A stretch of 64,000 nt of DNA from Takakia lepidozioides (GCA_030704615.1 CM060733.1:558001-622000), one strand, 5' to 3'. Positions 24,611-39,166 are shown, counted from the stretch's first letter. Notes: generated from the letters alone by a model not told the origin. Translations and numbers: made by a program.

Positions 24611-25247
24611 ATGAGGAGTGCACCCCCCAGGACCAGACCACACTGTGCCGCCATGGCTTTTACCATGCACCTGCACCAGAGTACCCTGCTCATGCCCCGC
24701 CCGGCTATGCCCGAACATACTCATTATCCAACGACTACCCGTTCAAGCCTCGCCACCTACCTCACCATCCCCACATCTCATCATCCACAATATCGAGTTT
24801 ACATTCTGTCACGATCGATACCCCAACGATTCAATCCTAGAAAAGCGTCAAAAATACGCCCCACTCATACTTGCAATTCGTCGGCAGGGATGGAAGACTG
24901 GCCCACTCACAGTCATCACTGCCGGAACCCAGGGCGGCATACACAATGCGAGTATCAATGATTTACATGATAACTTCAAAATACCCATTCTCCCAATCCA
25001 TCAATGTTTCAAAGCAATCCATCTTACAACACTCCGTTCCCTTACAGCCATCATTACGAACTCGAAGCTAGCATTTTTAATACACCCTGGGAACCCAGGG
25101 GGTTCATAGCACCCCCCCCCCCCTCTCTCTCTCCGTGGCTACCTGGTGTCCCACAGAAAACATTTTCTTTTATAGGGCCCACCCCCGAAAGGGGGCAGTA
25201 GCCGGAAGGCGAAATGGCTCTTAGTTACGCCAGCTACGGCTGGAGTC
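24611..25247 (+). mobile_element. 5'-truncated RLE-type non-LTR retrotransposon (Dualen/RandI-like), 3' fragment
   Basis: TVPPWLLPCTC..CSCPARLCPNILII (degenerate R-PD motif) ...IEFTFCHD...EKRQKYAPL...GW...VITAG..GGIH is a restriction-like endonuclease domain. The 3' end abuts a (GA)n tract. Confidence 0.7.
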
Positions 25248-25267
25248 CGAGAGAGAGAGAGAGAGAA

Positions 25268-27870
25268 GACTCCGGCCGTGGCCGGCGTAACTAAGAGCCA
25301 CTTCGCCTTCCGGCTACTGCCCCCTTTCGGGGGTGGGCCCTATAAAAGAAAATGTTTTCTGTGGGACACCAGGTAGCCACGGTGGGCGGTTCCCTTGTTA
25401 GTATCGACATGGTAGACGCCATATCGGTGCGGGAGCCAGATTGGGAGCCGTCTGTGTAATGGGAATGGAGGGGGGGGTATTTAGGGGAAGTGGGCCCAAG
25501 GCGAACCGGGGAGGCATGTGGGAGATAATATAAGTGGGGCTGGGGCGGGGGGGGGTGCTAAGGTCCATGCTTTTAGCTTAGTGGGTGGTCTGGCGGTAGG
25601 GTTGCATGTTGGAGGAGGTGAGTATGGGTTGAGTAACATGCTATGGGTATCGGAAAGTAGACATGGGAAAATCAGCGGATATGGGGGGACATGAGGTAGC
25701 TTGGACAAGGAGAATTAGGGTCAGAGTAGTTTCTTTGTGGCGGAGGTATTTTGGGAATGGTGGGTTGTGTGTGTAGTGAAGATGGTTGGGTTCAATAGCG
25801 GCTAATGGTATCACTTCTGGGGAAGTTGTAGAAGGGGGTGTCGGTGGTCAGGTGAGTTTTGTTGTGTAAGAATGAGAATAGTGGAGGCGGAGGAAGAGGA
25901 GTGGCGGCGAGGCGCGCCCATAGAAGAGCTTCATGCGTGAGGGGCCCGGGAGATGGGTGCGCAAGGCCACCTCCTGACCAAGAGTGTCGGGTAGCGGGGC
26001 CGAAGGCTCCGAATACACAGTCTTGGGGGTGCAGGCTGGCGTAAGAAGAAAGCTCAAGGGGGCATGTAAGTGGGCTGGAGTAGTAGGAGTGGGTAAGCTG
26101 GAATGTAGAGATGAGGAATTTGAGGATGTCAGAGGGTATAGTGCTATGGGTATATGCTTGATCTAGTTTGTCGAGGGTGTGGGGGTTTTTGGTGGGGGTA
26201 TCGCGTAACACAGACCTCAGTGGCGAAGTCTTGTTTTGGTGGCTGTAGGGAAGTGGCGTCAGTTGAGGAGGCGTCATATCTGTCCCAGAGCCAGGCAAGC
26301 CTAACATTGGAGATGGAGCCGATGAAGTGACCGTTAAGTGTGTAGATATGGGATGCCCGACGCTTAGGGCAGATAATGGGGGAGATTTGGTCAATATCTT
26401 TGTCAGGGTTGCATTCAGAGATATGTATATGTATATGTGGAGCGTTCAAGGGGGTATGGATGTATCGAGCGTCTATTGGTTGGATTTGAGATACATGATG
26501 TTGGTGGGTGTACGTTAAGTAATTGGTGTTAGTTGTTTTGTAGAAGGTGATAAGGAGGCGACGGTTGTGAGTAGGGTCGCAATCATCATGGGTTCCAAAG
26601 AGGTCGTCTTTGATCTGCCAAGTGTTCTCAGATGCAGGGAAACCCGCCCATTTACATAGGTAATATGTGTCAACACAAGTGGCGCCATGTACGTCGATGG
26701 AGGTTTGAGTCTTGATGCCGAGAATAGCTTCAATGACGAAGGCCTCGGGGTGGTCGGGGTTGGCTAGGCAGGGGGAAGGAGGGGGGGTAGGGGGGAAGTT
26801 GCTCAAGACAATTATCGGGGCTGGGGGGAGGGGGGGAACAGCGGGGTGGTGGGAGTTGGGGAGAGGTGTTCCGGAGTGTTATGGGAGGTCATGAGCTGTT
26901 GTAATATGGAGGGGGCTGGGGCTGTTCTGAAATTTGAGAGGAGGTCTTGCTTATGATGGGGGAAGAGTGGGCATGGTAGGTCACAGTCGAGGGTGCACGA
27001 GGCGGTCTGGTGGCAATCGGAGATGAAGCAGGTATCTGCATGTTTTGATGGTAGCACGAGAATGTTTCAGGGTAAATTGGTTGGGGTAAGTAGCCGGTTC
27101 CCTGTGGCACTGGTGAGTTGGGTGAGAGTGGTAATATGATGTGCTTTAAAGTAGGCAATGACAAGTTTCCTTTCACGGGGGTGGTTGGTTTCGAATTGTG
27201 TGAAGACTGGGCTGCTGAGCCATGCCCGTTCAAGTTGAGATATGGAGTTGGGGTATCCGGGAAGGTCGGTTTGAATGCTGGTTTTCAATTGACGTAGGAT
27301 AAATAGCGTACGGGCGGTGGGGGAATGGATGCAAGATTGTGGGTGGAGGGTAGGGAGGGAATATAAGCCATTATATTTATACGCTATGTGTTTAAGGAGA
27401 CCTCGAAAGATTAGACCGAGACGGCCTGGGTCGGTCGTTAAGAGCCTCGATAAGTTGTGAGCCGAGGGTGCGGGCATATGAGATGATCAGGGGGCTAGAA
27501 CCAATCCCAAAACTGTCCTGTGGAAGTTAGGTAAGAACGTTAGGGGTGCTGGTGGGGAGGCCACAAATGCGTTTGGTGAGTTGGATAATATTGGCGTCGA
27601 GTAGTTTGATATCCGTTATAGAGAAGGGGGCCGCGTGAAAGGCGTATTGGATTTGAGGGTTGAGAACTCTTTGGATGATAGTTAGTTTAGGGCGGATGGA
27701 GATGGGGGCATTGAGTAGAGCTAAACTCTTGTTGGTTAGTTTGGAAAAAGTGGTGTTCCTTTGTATATGCCAGGTTAGTGATGGAACCAATTGTATGCCT
27801 AGATAGGTGTAGGGTTCATCCGGGCCCAAAAATGGAAAAGATTTTTGTTGATAGTGCAGATGGAGCATGC
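25268..27870 (-). mobile_element. Truncated and deleted non-LTR retrotransposon of the same family: RT C-terminus, chromodomain, RNase H start
   Basis: EPYTYLGIQL (RT thumb, ~27810). FVIEAILG...YYLCKWAGFPASENTWQ (chromodomain, ~26615-26745). PLKYPPLHSHYTDGS (RNase H start, ~25443-25485). The 115-bp 3' end is almost identical to 25133-25247. Confidence 0.75.
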
Positions 27871-27953
27871 AGTGGGAAGCTATCGTGGATTTTGTAAGCT
27901 TACTGCCGTGGGTAGCGGCGGTGACTGGAGTCCTCGCTCTCTCTCTCTCTCTC

Positions 27954-28035
27954 TCTATAAAAAATAATTATTCGACGTAAAGTCGATTTTGGACGTGACG
28001 CTGACGTGTTTGCGCAACGTCACGTCATGATTGAC
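27954..28035 (+). mobile_element. Possible Helitron-like 5' terminus
   Basis: TCTATAAAAAATAATTATTCGACG followed by GGACGTGACGCTGACG...CAACGTCACGTCA, which matches the reverse complement of 62896-62930. Confidence 0.3.
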
Positions 28036-28497
28036 AACTGGGGCATAAAATAAAGAAGAATATGTCACCCACATTGTCCTTATTTGAGGCAGTGGAGAAT
28101 TTTGTACACTCGTTCTTCGTTTCCCACCCAAAATTTTCAATAGTTTTATGCAATCCGACAATTTATACAATTATCGATTATGTCAAATTCTACTTGATCT
28201 TACCAACTCGGGATCTTAACTCGGGATCTCTAACATATAAACAACCATTGCTGTCTTATAACAGACATTGAGTTACAGTCCATAAAACTATAAAAATCCA
28301 AAGTGGCCATCATCTCCACACTTGGAGCGTGCAGATTAATAAATGAAAAACCCCAATCATAACTTTTTTATTTTTATTTAAAAAAAGAACAGAGGACAAA
28401 CCTCATAAAGTACTTACAAATGTTTTGGTTTCATCAACAAACACACAATAGACATTGGTCGTACTCTAAACCATGATGACTAGGATTACTTCTGAAC

Positions 28498-28499
<2 letters not shown>

Positions 28500-28541
<42 letters not shown>

Positions 28542-28544
28542 TAT
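28500..28544. repeat. (TA)n microsatellite
   Basis: Direct reading. Confidence 0.95.
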
Positions 28545-29564
28545 GGTACTCATAAGACATTATTTGCTATAGCCTTGAAACAATAAATCTCATACCTGAT
28601 TTGGACTGAACATCAGGGCACTGACAGTACCTTTGTGAGGGATTTAACGTAATATAAACAATCTGTTTGGGCTTTCCAAATTTCTCCAGAAAGTCAATCT
28701 AACAATCATCAATCTGTTATGTGAGATTTGTCCAACATTAGACCCAAACGGAGCCACTACTTTAAGCTTGTCCCTATCGAAGAGTGACATGAAATTGCAC
28801 GATGTGTAACTGAGTCGGGGTGCTCACATTGTGATGTATGGAGGGTAACTCTACTTGGTATAACTCCAAATTGGTCTCGAAATTTGATTAAGTCCAAATT
28901 TGGCTTAAGTATAAAACGTGATAAAAAGAGTTACACAAGACATGTAGGGTGACACTACCATATATATATATACATACATGACGCCAACAGAAGCTAGCGT
29001 AAATAAGAGCCTCTTTCCCATATGGGGTTAGTCTCCCCTATTGGGGTGGGCTCTATACAATGAAGTAAGTAACTGTAGCCAGTTGGCCACTTTCTATTTT
29101 ACAATTATGAAGGATGATATATGTAAGCCATCTAATAGCTCTGAAGTGGAGGTTTTGAAGGAATTTAATGTTGCAAAGCGTGATATTTTCACAGTTAGTT
29201 AATGTAGGTCCCCAACGTTGTGGCTATGAACCCGACCTCTAACTCCAGCTGTGATAATGGTGAATGGTTTGATATGTCAGCCATTGATAGAGCTTGAATG
29301 AATGGCCCATATTTTGCTATTTTGTTAAGTACCGATCGGTCTGGAAAGCGCAGTTGTTTTCTTAAGCGAAAGACCCAATCGCGAGGGCCAATGGGCAGCC
29401 TTAATGGCTTATCCCGTGGTCCTAAATATAAACACATTCATCCATTCACACCCTCAGATATAGGTTCCTCGATGTAAATTGTCCACAGAATTCATCCAGT
29501 CAGCGGTAACGGGTGAGGAGCGCCCAGGCAATCCTATCGGCTCGTCTCTCTCGAGCTCGGGTGT

Positions 29565-31678
29565 ATGGCTGTGGCGATGGCGATGGCCTGTGCAGCGTCA
29601 GGCATCTTTGCAGCGCCCGCATTGGCCGTCTCGCGCCCCTCCCTAGCTTCCTCGCCATCCAGTGGGCTCGGAAAGGGATTCCCAGCTCGATTCGGAGTGT
29701 CGCGTGATAACTCGGGGCGACGGCTTGTTGTTTCAGCTGTAAGTTCTCCAGCGTTTGGTGCATGCGTGAATGTTGTGTCTTATGTATGATTTCGCATGGC
29801 ATGCGCGTCTTCAGGTTCCCCTTGCGTGGTTCTGTGAATCGTATAGTCGGTGGGGGGGTTCTTCATATCTGTATGTGCTGTATCGTGGGGATGACAAATT
29901 GAATTGCATACTTCGACTGCAGTGTGCCGTTTTCTTTGTCCCAATCATGATCAAATGAGGTCGGTAGTGTCCTTTCTTTCGAATTGGGTGGGGGAGAAAG
30001 TGAAGCAACAAATGAAAATTGTAGGAGGAACAAATAGTGCATCACAGGGAGATAGTTGGTGAGGGGTTCCGTGCAAGGGAGTAGTGTAGGGAGGAAAGGC
30101 AGATTCGTGGTGAAATACGGAGGGATATGGAAAGAATGAACGCAAAAAGTTGGTTTACTTGCGTAATTTAGCACATGGGCTTTCTTTCTACTCCTACCGA
30201 GTTTAGCATTTCCTCATGCTATTCCGTACTTCTACTCCATTCCTCCCAATGTATATATCTAGACTCTTCTGTACTATTCCTTCCAATGGAGATATATCTC
30301 TTCTTTTCTGGTGTGGCTTCCAGTGGAGATATCTCAATTCTCTCCAAGATAATCTCTCTGCATGTGCATGTCTGGCAAGTCGACCTAGTCTTCCATGGTT
30401 CCCTTTCGCCACATGCCCCATTTCTGTGGGGGTCCTTTTCCACCCTATTTGTGTTTTGATTATATTGTGGCCTTGTTCAGTAAATAATTTGTGCCTTTGT
30501 GGCCATCTTCACCAGAACTGCCTCAAGTCGCACGTGGTTCTCATGTGAAACTGTACTTCTTTGTGTCATTGTGCAGGCACAGGAGGAGAATGTAGCACCT
30601 GATTTCTCCGTGTCAAGAAGGCAGGCTGTGTCCTTGTCAGCTCTCTCTCTCCTTCTGTTCAATGCAGATCGTGCGCAGGCACGGGATATTCCACTTTTTG
30701 GGCTGAGAAAAGTGCAGAAAGTGGAGGAAGAGGTATAACCCTGATGGAGGCTATAAGGGATGATGGGCAAGGGTGGAGTAGGAGTTTCAAATGTGGGTGT
30801 TTTTTCAATAGGTCATGTCCTAAGGAAAACCAAGTGGGTCTGAAGGAATTTAATATGGCAAAGACTTTCATCTCCACAGATACTGAAGAGAGAACAAGAA
30901 ATAAGCAGGTATGTTACCTCTCCGGTAGCCCCATGGGACTCAATAGAGAGAAGAGAGAGACCTGTGGGTGCACAGCGAAATTTGGTGTACATGGTTCTAC
31001 AAATAGACAGGATGTGTTTAATTCAGTAAACATTCACACTTTTGTAGGTGGTTTTCAGATTGTGGAAAGGCGCACTGGCAGTTGTGCACATTTAGCTTTT
31101 GTCGACCAAATTTACAATCATCTATTGTTTTCGCCCGCAGCCTTTCTATATTCATTTCAAGCAAACAAACATACTTCTAGACAGTTTTTAGATGTGTGGG
31201 GTTTGCTTCCATTGAATTGGATGTGGCCAAAGCTGACATCCACGCACCATTCCCATGAGGTGGGTTCAGGGTGAAATGGTCTGTGGTCACATAACATTCT
31301 GAGTATTCATTCACCTCAAACCTGATGTGGCTTGTGTAACTTTGCAAATGGATCACGCATCTTGACACCTTTTGCAGGACTTGGTTATTGGAACTTCTTG
31401 CCCTCCCCACATTACTCTGATTTGTCTTTTGTGCTCTGAATAGGTTGTGGCAGAGGTGAAAGAGCTGGTGAGAGGAGAGGGCAGAAGTTCAAGCAGTATC
31501 CGGAGCTGTCTCCGGTGTTGTTAAAGGTGCGGTTGCAGAGTTCTCTGGTACGCCAAAGCCAAGTTCTGAAGGCGGGATTCCCCCTGTTGTCCAGGCTGGG
31601 GCAGTTGCTGGTGCAGAAGTAGTGGCTGTACTTATTGCCTCTACAGTGGTAAATGGCCTTGTTAGCCCTTCTAAGTAA
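29565..31678 (+). CDS. YCF37: YCF37-like thylakoid protein (homolog of Arabidopsis At2g23670), 3 exons
   Basis: Exons 29565-29738, 30577-30732 and 31444-31678 (GT-AG). Transit peptide, twin-Arg SRRQAV, AQA-RDIPLFGLRK and C-terminal QAGAVAGAEVVAVLIASTVVNGL. There is an apparent 1-nt frameshift near 31472-31480. Confidence 0.8.
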
Positions 31679-32666
31679 AAGTAAGTGATTATTAATTCTT
31701 GCACCACGAGATTCATTCTTGTCACACCCCATTGAGTCTTTCTATCTTTGAGCTGCCCTGGTTGTCCTCACTATTTTTGGTTTGAACCTCAAATGAACTG
31801 AATTGGAACCGTGGTTTGTCACAATCCTACCATGATCATCTGGCGATATGTTCACCAGTTGATCCACTTGAAATCCTTTTTGAGTCACCATGGTTTGGAC
31901 AGTCTTAGAGAGATTTCTCATTGTTGGATCATGCCATTCAGGTTCTGTGCACGATCATGGATCCAAAGTGTTACTGGGTCTTGTGCTTTGCAATGCATTT
32001 TTGGTGGGCTGGACAAGAGTGTGTATCAGGATTAGAGGTTATACATCCCCCCCCCTGCGATTTTAGTTGGGCTTGGCGTCAGACTGTGAAGTACAGGAGT
32101 TGGATGGCTACATAATATAAGGAAAATTGACTTTCTAGGCCTATGTGAATATTATTCGTTGACAATAAAGGGCAGAGACAGATTTCAAGTCTGTTGGAAA
32201 TTGGGACCACAAGTATTTTGATTCTATTCTCACTTTGTTGGACGCACCTTAGATACTTTGGTATAATTCAGAAACTTCCAAAATTCTGAAACTTGAACAT
32301 GATGATATATGATACTTGCATTCACAGGGAAGATAGTAGGACTTGGGATGTAGAAGAGCTTGATTCTTTGAAGTGTTTCAAGCTTGTCTATCAGGGTTTA
32401 GACTTTATGTCGTGTCTACTTTTGTGAAGTATGGGGATTTCTTGGTCGCATGATTGTTGCGATGGGAGAGTAGATAGCCCGGGGGGGGGGGTTAACACAA
32501 GATATTAACCCCAGGCTATTTATATCCTATCTAACATGCACATTTTGCATTAACATGAAACTTGGTGGCTGATTAAATTCTTGCAGGATATTGGGCTTGC
32601 AAACCAGTAGCTACCTGGTCCTAGTAAATGGATTCCTTTCCTTGATGCATTGTAGTAAGGTGACAA

Positions 32667-33006
32667 TAGAGTTATCCGTAAAGTGGGCCTGAGTTTGGTA
32701 CCTTGTTTGGACCCGAGTTACGGGTTTCATAAGTAAATCCGTAAAGTGCAGAAACCTGGGCATGAAGTCAAAAAGAGGGCACCAAATCATAAACTGGGGA
32801 TGAGGGCAACGGCTGCTCACGCGAGCTCATGAGCAAACAACACTCGAGTCCAAACTCTTGCCTCCCCCATTTTCCTAGTCCTGGCAGTTTAGTCCCGTGT
32901 TTTTTTCTAGTCGTACCGCTTGTTCCTGAGTTTTGAGTCTCATGCCCAGTTTTGGCCAAACTCAGGGTTCTCATGCCGAGTTTGGGACCCTTTACGGATA
33001 ACTCTA
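32667..33006. mobile_element. 340-bp MITE (hAT-like termini)
   Basis: Perfect 17-bp TIR TAGAGTTATCCGTAAAG / CTTTACGGATAACTCTA. Flanks GTGACAA and ATGACAA resemble a degenerate TSD. Confidence 0.85.
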
Positions 33007-33260
33007 ATGACAAGCCCTTACATACTTGACTCACAATACAGCAGAGTGCTGGCATTGTAGGCTTTCTATTTGTGGCACTTGAGAGAAAAGCACCAACAGT
33101 CGGTGGAGACTGAAACTAGAGCACACATTTCCTCAAGAATCTGAGAATGCCAGCTAGTGATGCAGGAGCAGCATCAAAAGCATTGGAGCACGACTGCCTG
33201 AGTTCTTCACTCCATGACGCTGCAGGCAACCTTTCTCAAGACCAGTTCTCTACATGCTCT

Positions 33261-35176
<1,916 letters not shown>

Positions 35177-36179
35177 CGATGTCTCTCTCTTTCGACGCTT
35201 CGCACTCCCTCTCTCTCTCTCTCTCCCTCTCCTCTGCAATATCTCACTTTCAGTAGCCTCTGGCCTCCTTCCCTCTGCACTGGCACAGATTCTTCTGTAA
35301 TTCTGTTTCTGTATCGCTCAGGCGACAGGAGGAATTTGACAACTCTTTGCGAAAGACGAAGATTTGCTGGAGTCGACAGAGGGCTCATGAGCAATTTATG
35401 AAGCTCTGTCTCAGACAAGCCCCCCGGCCCCCTTCCGACCGCGATCCGTGGCAGCTGTTGCATTGCACCTACGTGCTCCGACAACGCCATGCATTGTCGT
35501 CACCCGAATCAATTTCTCTCTACTGTGGCTTTTGGGTGCTCGAAAAGCCACAGCCAAGTTGTGCAAGTGGGCGGTCGAGCACACAGAATCTCACAGTGCA
35601 ACTTCCTGGGGGCATGTGCGCGGGAGGGGCAAGATGCTTGCAATCACACGCAGGAGCATGCGTCCCTTGAATGTGGCCCTGACAGCATCTCTCGTTTAAC
35701 TCCATGTGTTTGGTGACATACCCATTTCTAGGTGTACGACAGGTTTGTACTGTTTATTAGTACGGCATCTCGTGACAGGGATAAAGAATCGTCGAGCATC
35801 TCAAGCATTTCTCATCATTGATGACTTAAAAGGATCTGCGTTTGAGCTTCTGTTCCCACGTTGTGCAGAGCCGGAGATTTAAGTGAGTACCTCAGATCCG
35901 CGGAGGCAATTCCGTTAAGAGATTGGTATAGGAAGATGAGTAAAGCAAGACTCGAGGCCTTCTGGGCTTACTGGTGCACAACTGTTGTGAGAAAGAATGG
36001 TGAGGAGATTGTTTAGTCCCCTACTAAGTTGCACTGTAGCTTTCCCAATGTCTGGCGGAATATCCAGAGGACAGGATAGTCCGTCACTGGAGAAGACAGG
36101 CGGTCTGCCCACAGGATTAGAATGATTGGTGATGATATAGGACAGATTTTCCTTGTGTGAAGTAAATCAAACTGTACAG

Positions 36180-36333
36180 GATACAAGTTTGTTTAACGTC
36201 CAGTGAATTTACAGACACAGCCCACCGAGGGGACCAATGGACCTTTGAAGGCACATGTTGAAGGATTGAACCCAGGATCACCTAGGTTATGCACAGGCAA
36301 GGCACAAACACCCAAACACTGGGCTACCTGCTC
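36180..36333 (-). mobile_element. tRNA-derived SINE-like fragment
   Basis: The minus strand reads GAGCAGGTAGCCCAGTG..GG (A-box-like) ... GATCCTGGGTTCAATCC (B-box). No clean cloverleaf forms. Confidence 0.45.
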
Positions 36334-38357
36334 AAGTGCAGAAATGGGATGGCAATGCGCTCATGAGGACAACGGGAAGACGAAGTGTTAAGCGAGTGGG
36401 AGAGTGGGCATCGTTGGCCTGGTGGAGCTGAATATAAGAGTGCGGTTTCAGCCTCAGAGCAAAACTAGATGTAAATTTAGAGTCTAGATAGCGGCTGTGG
36501 TGGGAGTGTTTACGAGAGCGAGAGGCTTGTAGTTCGCTAAATTAGGCATCGCGTGTCTCCCGCGTGTCTGTTATGGGTTGGAGTGAGTGAGGTTGCATCG
36601 TTACGAGCAGAGTGACATGCGATGAAGGGCTGAGAGTGAGATTGAGACTGCGTGAATGGAATATTTTTTGTACAGGAGTGGTTGTGTTTGGGATTGAGAG
36701 AGATAGAGTAAAAATGTGGGTCATATGAGTGAATAGTGGGGGTTGTTGTGTTTTGTGTGAGAGGCCTCAGGCATGGTCATGCAAGTTGAGTGATCTAGCG
36801 GTGAGTGCATAGCATTTAGAGTCTACACGTCTATACTTTTAAACTTGTGGACAATCTGTGCAGATTATTAGTATTTGTTCCCTCAAGCCAGGCTATCTGG
36901 GATGATCGAATTTAACTGTCACCCAGAACGCGATGTGCACATGTCCACAAAGCTGTGTAGCTTGACAACATCATAGAAGTACTGGAAGATGGAGACACAA
37001 CGGTAACCCAACAGTTTAAAGTGGTTTGTTGATACTCGCTACAGACAGAAGCTTTGCATTGTTGAGGCTGTCGGTGTACATTCTGTGTAGCACCGTTACA
37101 TAGATGTATGGAAAGTCAAAGATTTGGCAATGGGCGCCCATTGTTTATTACTTTGTGCATTGACATCGGAACGTCACCTGAGTAACGAGACAACTAAGAA
37201 CTTCTAGCGATTACCCGTGAATTTATGTATGATGACCAGAATCTAGTGAGACCTTCACCTGTGGAGCAGGCCTTGGGAAGAATATTGGAAGCCCCTCATG
37301 CAACACGGGATGTTCTTTGCTCGTACGAGTTCATGTCAAGTAGCGCCATCCATGGCCCAAGCGCTAGTGGCTGCATTCTGCCCTTTCATCTCAATTTTCT
37401 TCAGGACAGATTTGTGTCTAATTGGCTTCAAAGGAGCTGGTTCTGTTTCTGTGACCACTTGCACTACTTACAGAAACTACCTTCAATCCAGGTCAATTGA
37501 GAACTTTGCAACTCTGGCAACTTCTGACCATGGTAATCAAATTTATGAAACATCGCACCATATGCACGGTCCTGACATGCAACCTCGCATACGTTACAAA
37601 CGAAGTTAGCTAAATGAGTTTAACCTCTTCCCCGTACTGCTCCTTTAGGGGAATGTGAACAACGATCCTGAACTGATCAGACAAGGATCTGGGAGCACCA
37701 GGGTGGTGGATCTTTACAAGGCTTATTCCACTGTCAGCTTACAGACACCAACTCCGAGCCCCTGGCAGCGTCGGAACCGGAACCTTCTGATGAACAACTT
37801 GCTTTGATACGTGTACCTACCGCGAGAGAAGCGTGTAGTTAATCAGACACTTCTGTAATATTCCCGGCTTCCGGAGGGACAACGGAGCCCGCGATAAGAA
37901 CATCGTAAGGCCAGCAAATGCAGTCTATGATGTAACTGCAATTCAGTCTGATCAAGACACAAAGGAGGAGACGGGGGCCTTGGCATGGTCACTGGACTTC
38001 TTCATGTACTTGAGCTCCAGGACGCCTTGCAAATACATGGGGTTGTAGAGGAGGGCAATACCCTACCTGTTCAGGAATGTCACAGCCATGCCAATAGAAA
38101 GGTCTCATGGGAGAGATGTTTGAGAAGAACGCAGGTAGAAAGAGGCTTATGGTGAGATTTCATTGTAGTGAGATCAGTAGAGGTGCTGGATCCAACAGGT
38201 ATGAGCAATATGTTGAAAGTTACATCTTTGGGTCGTGAGTGCAACTACGTAATAGTATAGGAGTGCACACACTTCAATGTAAGAATATCTGCAACCGCTT
38301 CACCAATTTGACAATGTGAAGAAGCTGTGAACCCATGGATGGATGTTCGAATGCATG

Positions 38358-38795
38358 GAGGTCTGAGCACAAGGCCCTGCAAGCATTACAGAAAGAGGTG
38401 ACTTATACAGTGAATAGTTGTCTTCCAAATAGGTAGTGATAATCTGTGCATATGAAGAATGGACCAGGTGTACACAGATTGTCCATTGAATGGGGTACAT
38501 TACCTCGCCCACAAATTTTCTCTTCAGGATAGAGGAATAATAGGATAATTACTGCTTGTTCCCTACTCGCTTCTCTTCAGTTTCTTTCTCCCATGACAAT
38601 GGCAACAAGCTTCAAGAAAATTAGCTGACGAGGTAATGTACCCATTCAATGGACAACGTATGTACACCTGGTCCATTCTTCATATGAACAGATTATCACT
38701 ACCTATTTGGAAGACAGATATTCACTGTCCTTCCATCACGCCGGCTGTAAGTCACCTCTTTCTGTAATGCCTGCAGGGCCTTGTGCTCAGACCTC
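38358..38795. repeat. Long inverted repeat (fold-back), arms ~150-165 bp, 121-nt loop
   Basis: 38358-38507 is the reverse complement of 38629-38795 apart from a few mismatches and one ~17-nt bulge. Confidence 0.92.
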
Positions 38796-39115
38796 TAAGC
38801 TTGCCTGGACTGGACCACTGCTCGCTACAAAAGTAAGAACCAAATTCCCTTTCAGACACAGACCTCGCAAAAAATAATCAACACAAAGAGGTTTGTTACC
38901 CTGGACATCTGAGAAAATAGCTGATGTACAATATAACACAAATGGGAAAATCACATAAGGACCTTTGGACATTCTCTGTGAATGAATATGAAAGTTTTCA
39001 CCACCTCCCTTGGCATGCATTCCATCATTACCGGCTGCAAAAACCAGATACACTCAAACTGTCAAATTGGGCAGTGAGTTGAACAAGTGAACAGCACTTT
39101 TACTCTCCTGTTTCA

Positions 39116-39118
<3 letters not shown>

Positions 39119-39161
<43 letters not shown>
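39119..39161. repeat. (CT)n microsatellite; the matching tract at 44019-44041 flanks the other end of the LINE
   Basis: Direct reading. Confidence 0.95.

Positions 39162-39166
<5 letters not shown>

Noticed and set aside
25133-25382. Hammerhead or HDV-like ribozyme, or Penelope pseudo-LTR
   Set aside because: GCC-GGAA-GGC-GAAA resembles hammerhead stem II but CUGANGA is absent. HDV P1.1/L3 elements cannot be placed on either strand. The adjacent coding sequence is LINE-type with no GIY-YIG.
36251-36333. tRNA gene
   Set aside because: A- and B-box-like motifs are present but there is no consistent acceptor or anticodon stem. Treated as SINE-like.
35300-38300. Protein-coding gene between hemoglobin and the fold-back
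   Set aside because: Several splice-like sites occur but no coherent reading frame or recognisable motif. Exon-like 45135-45272 was left uncalled for the same reason.
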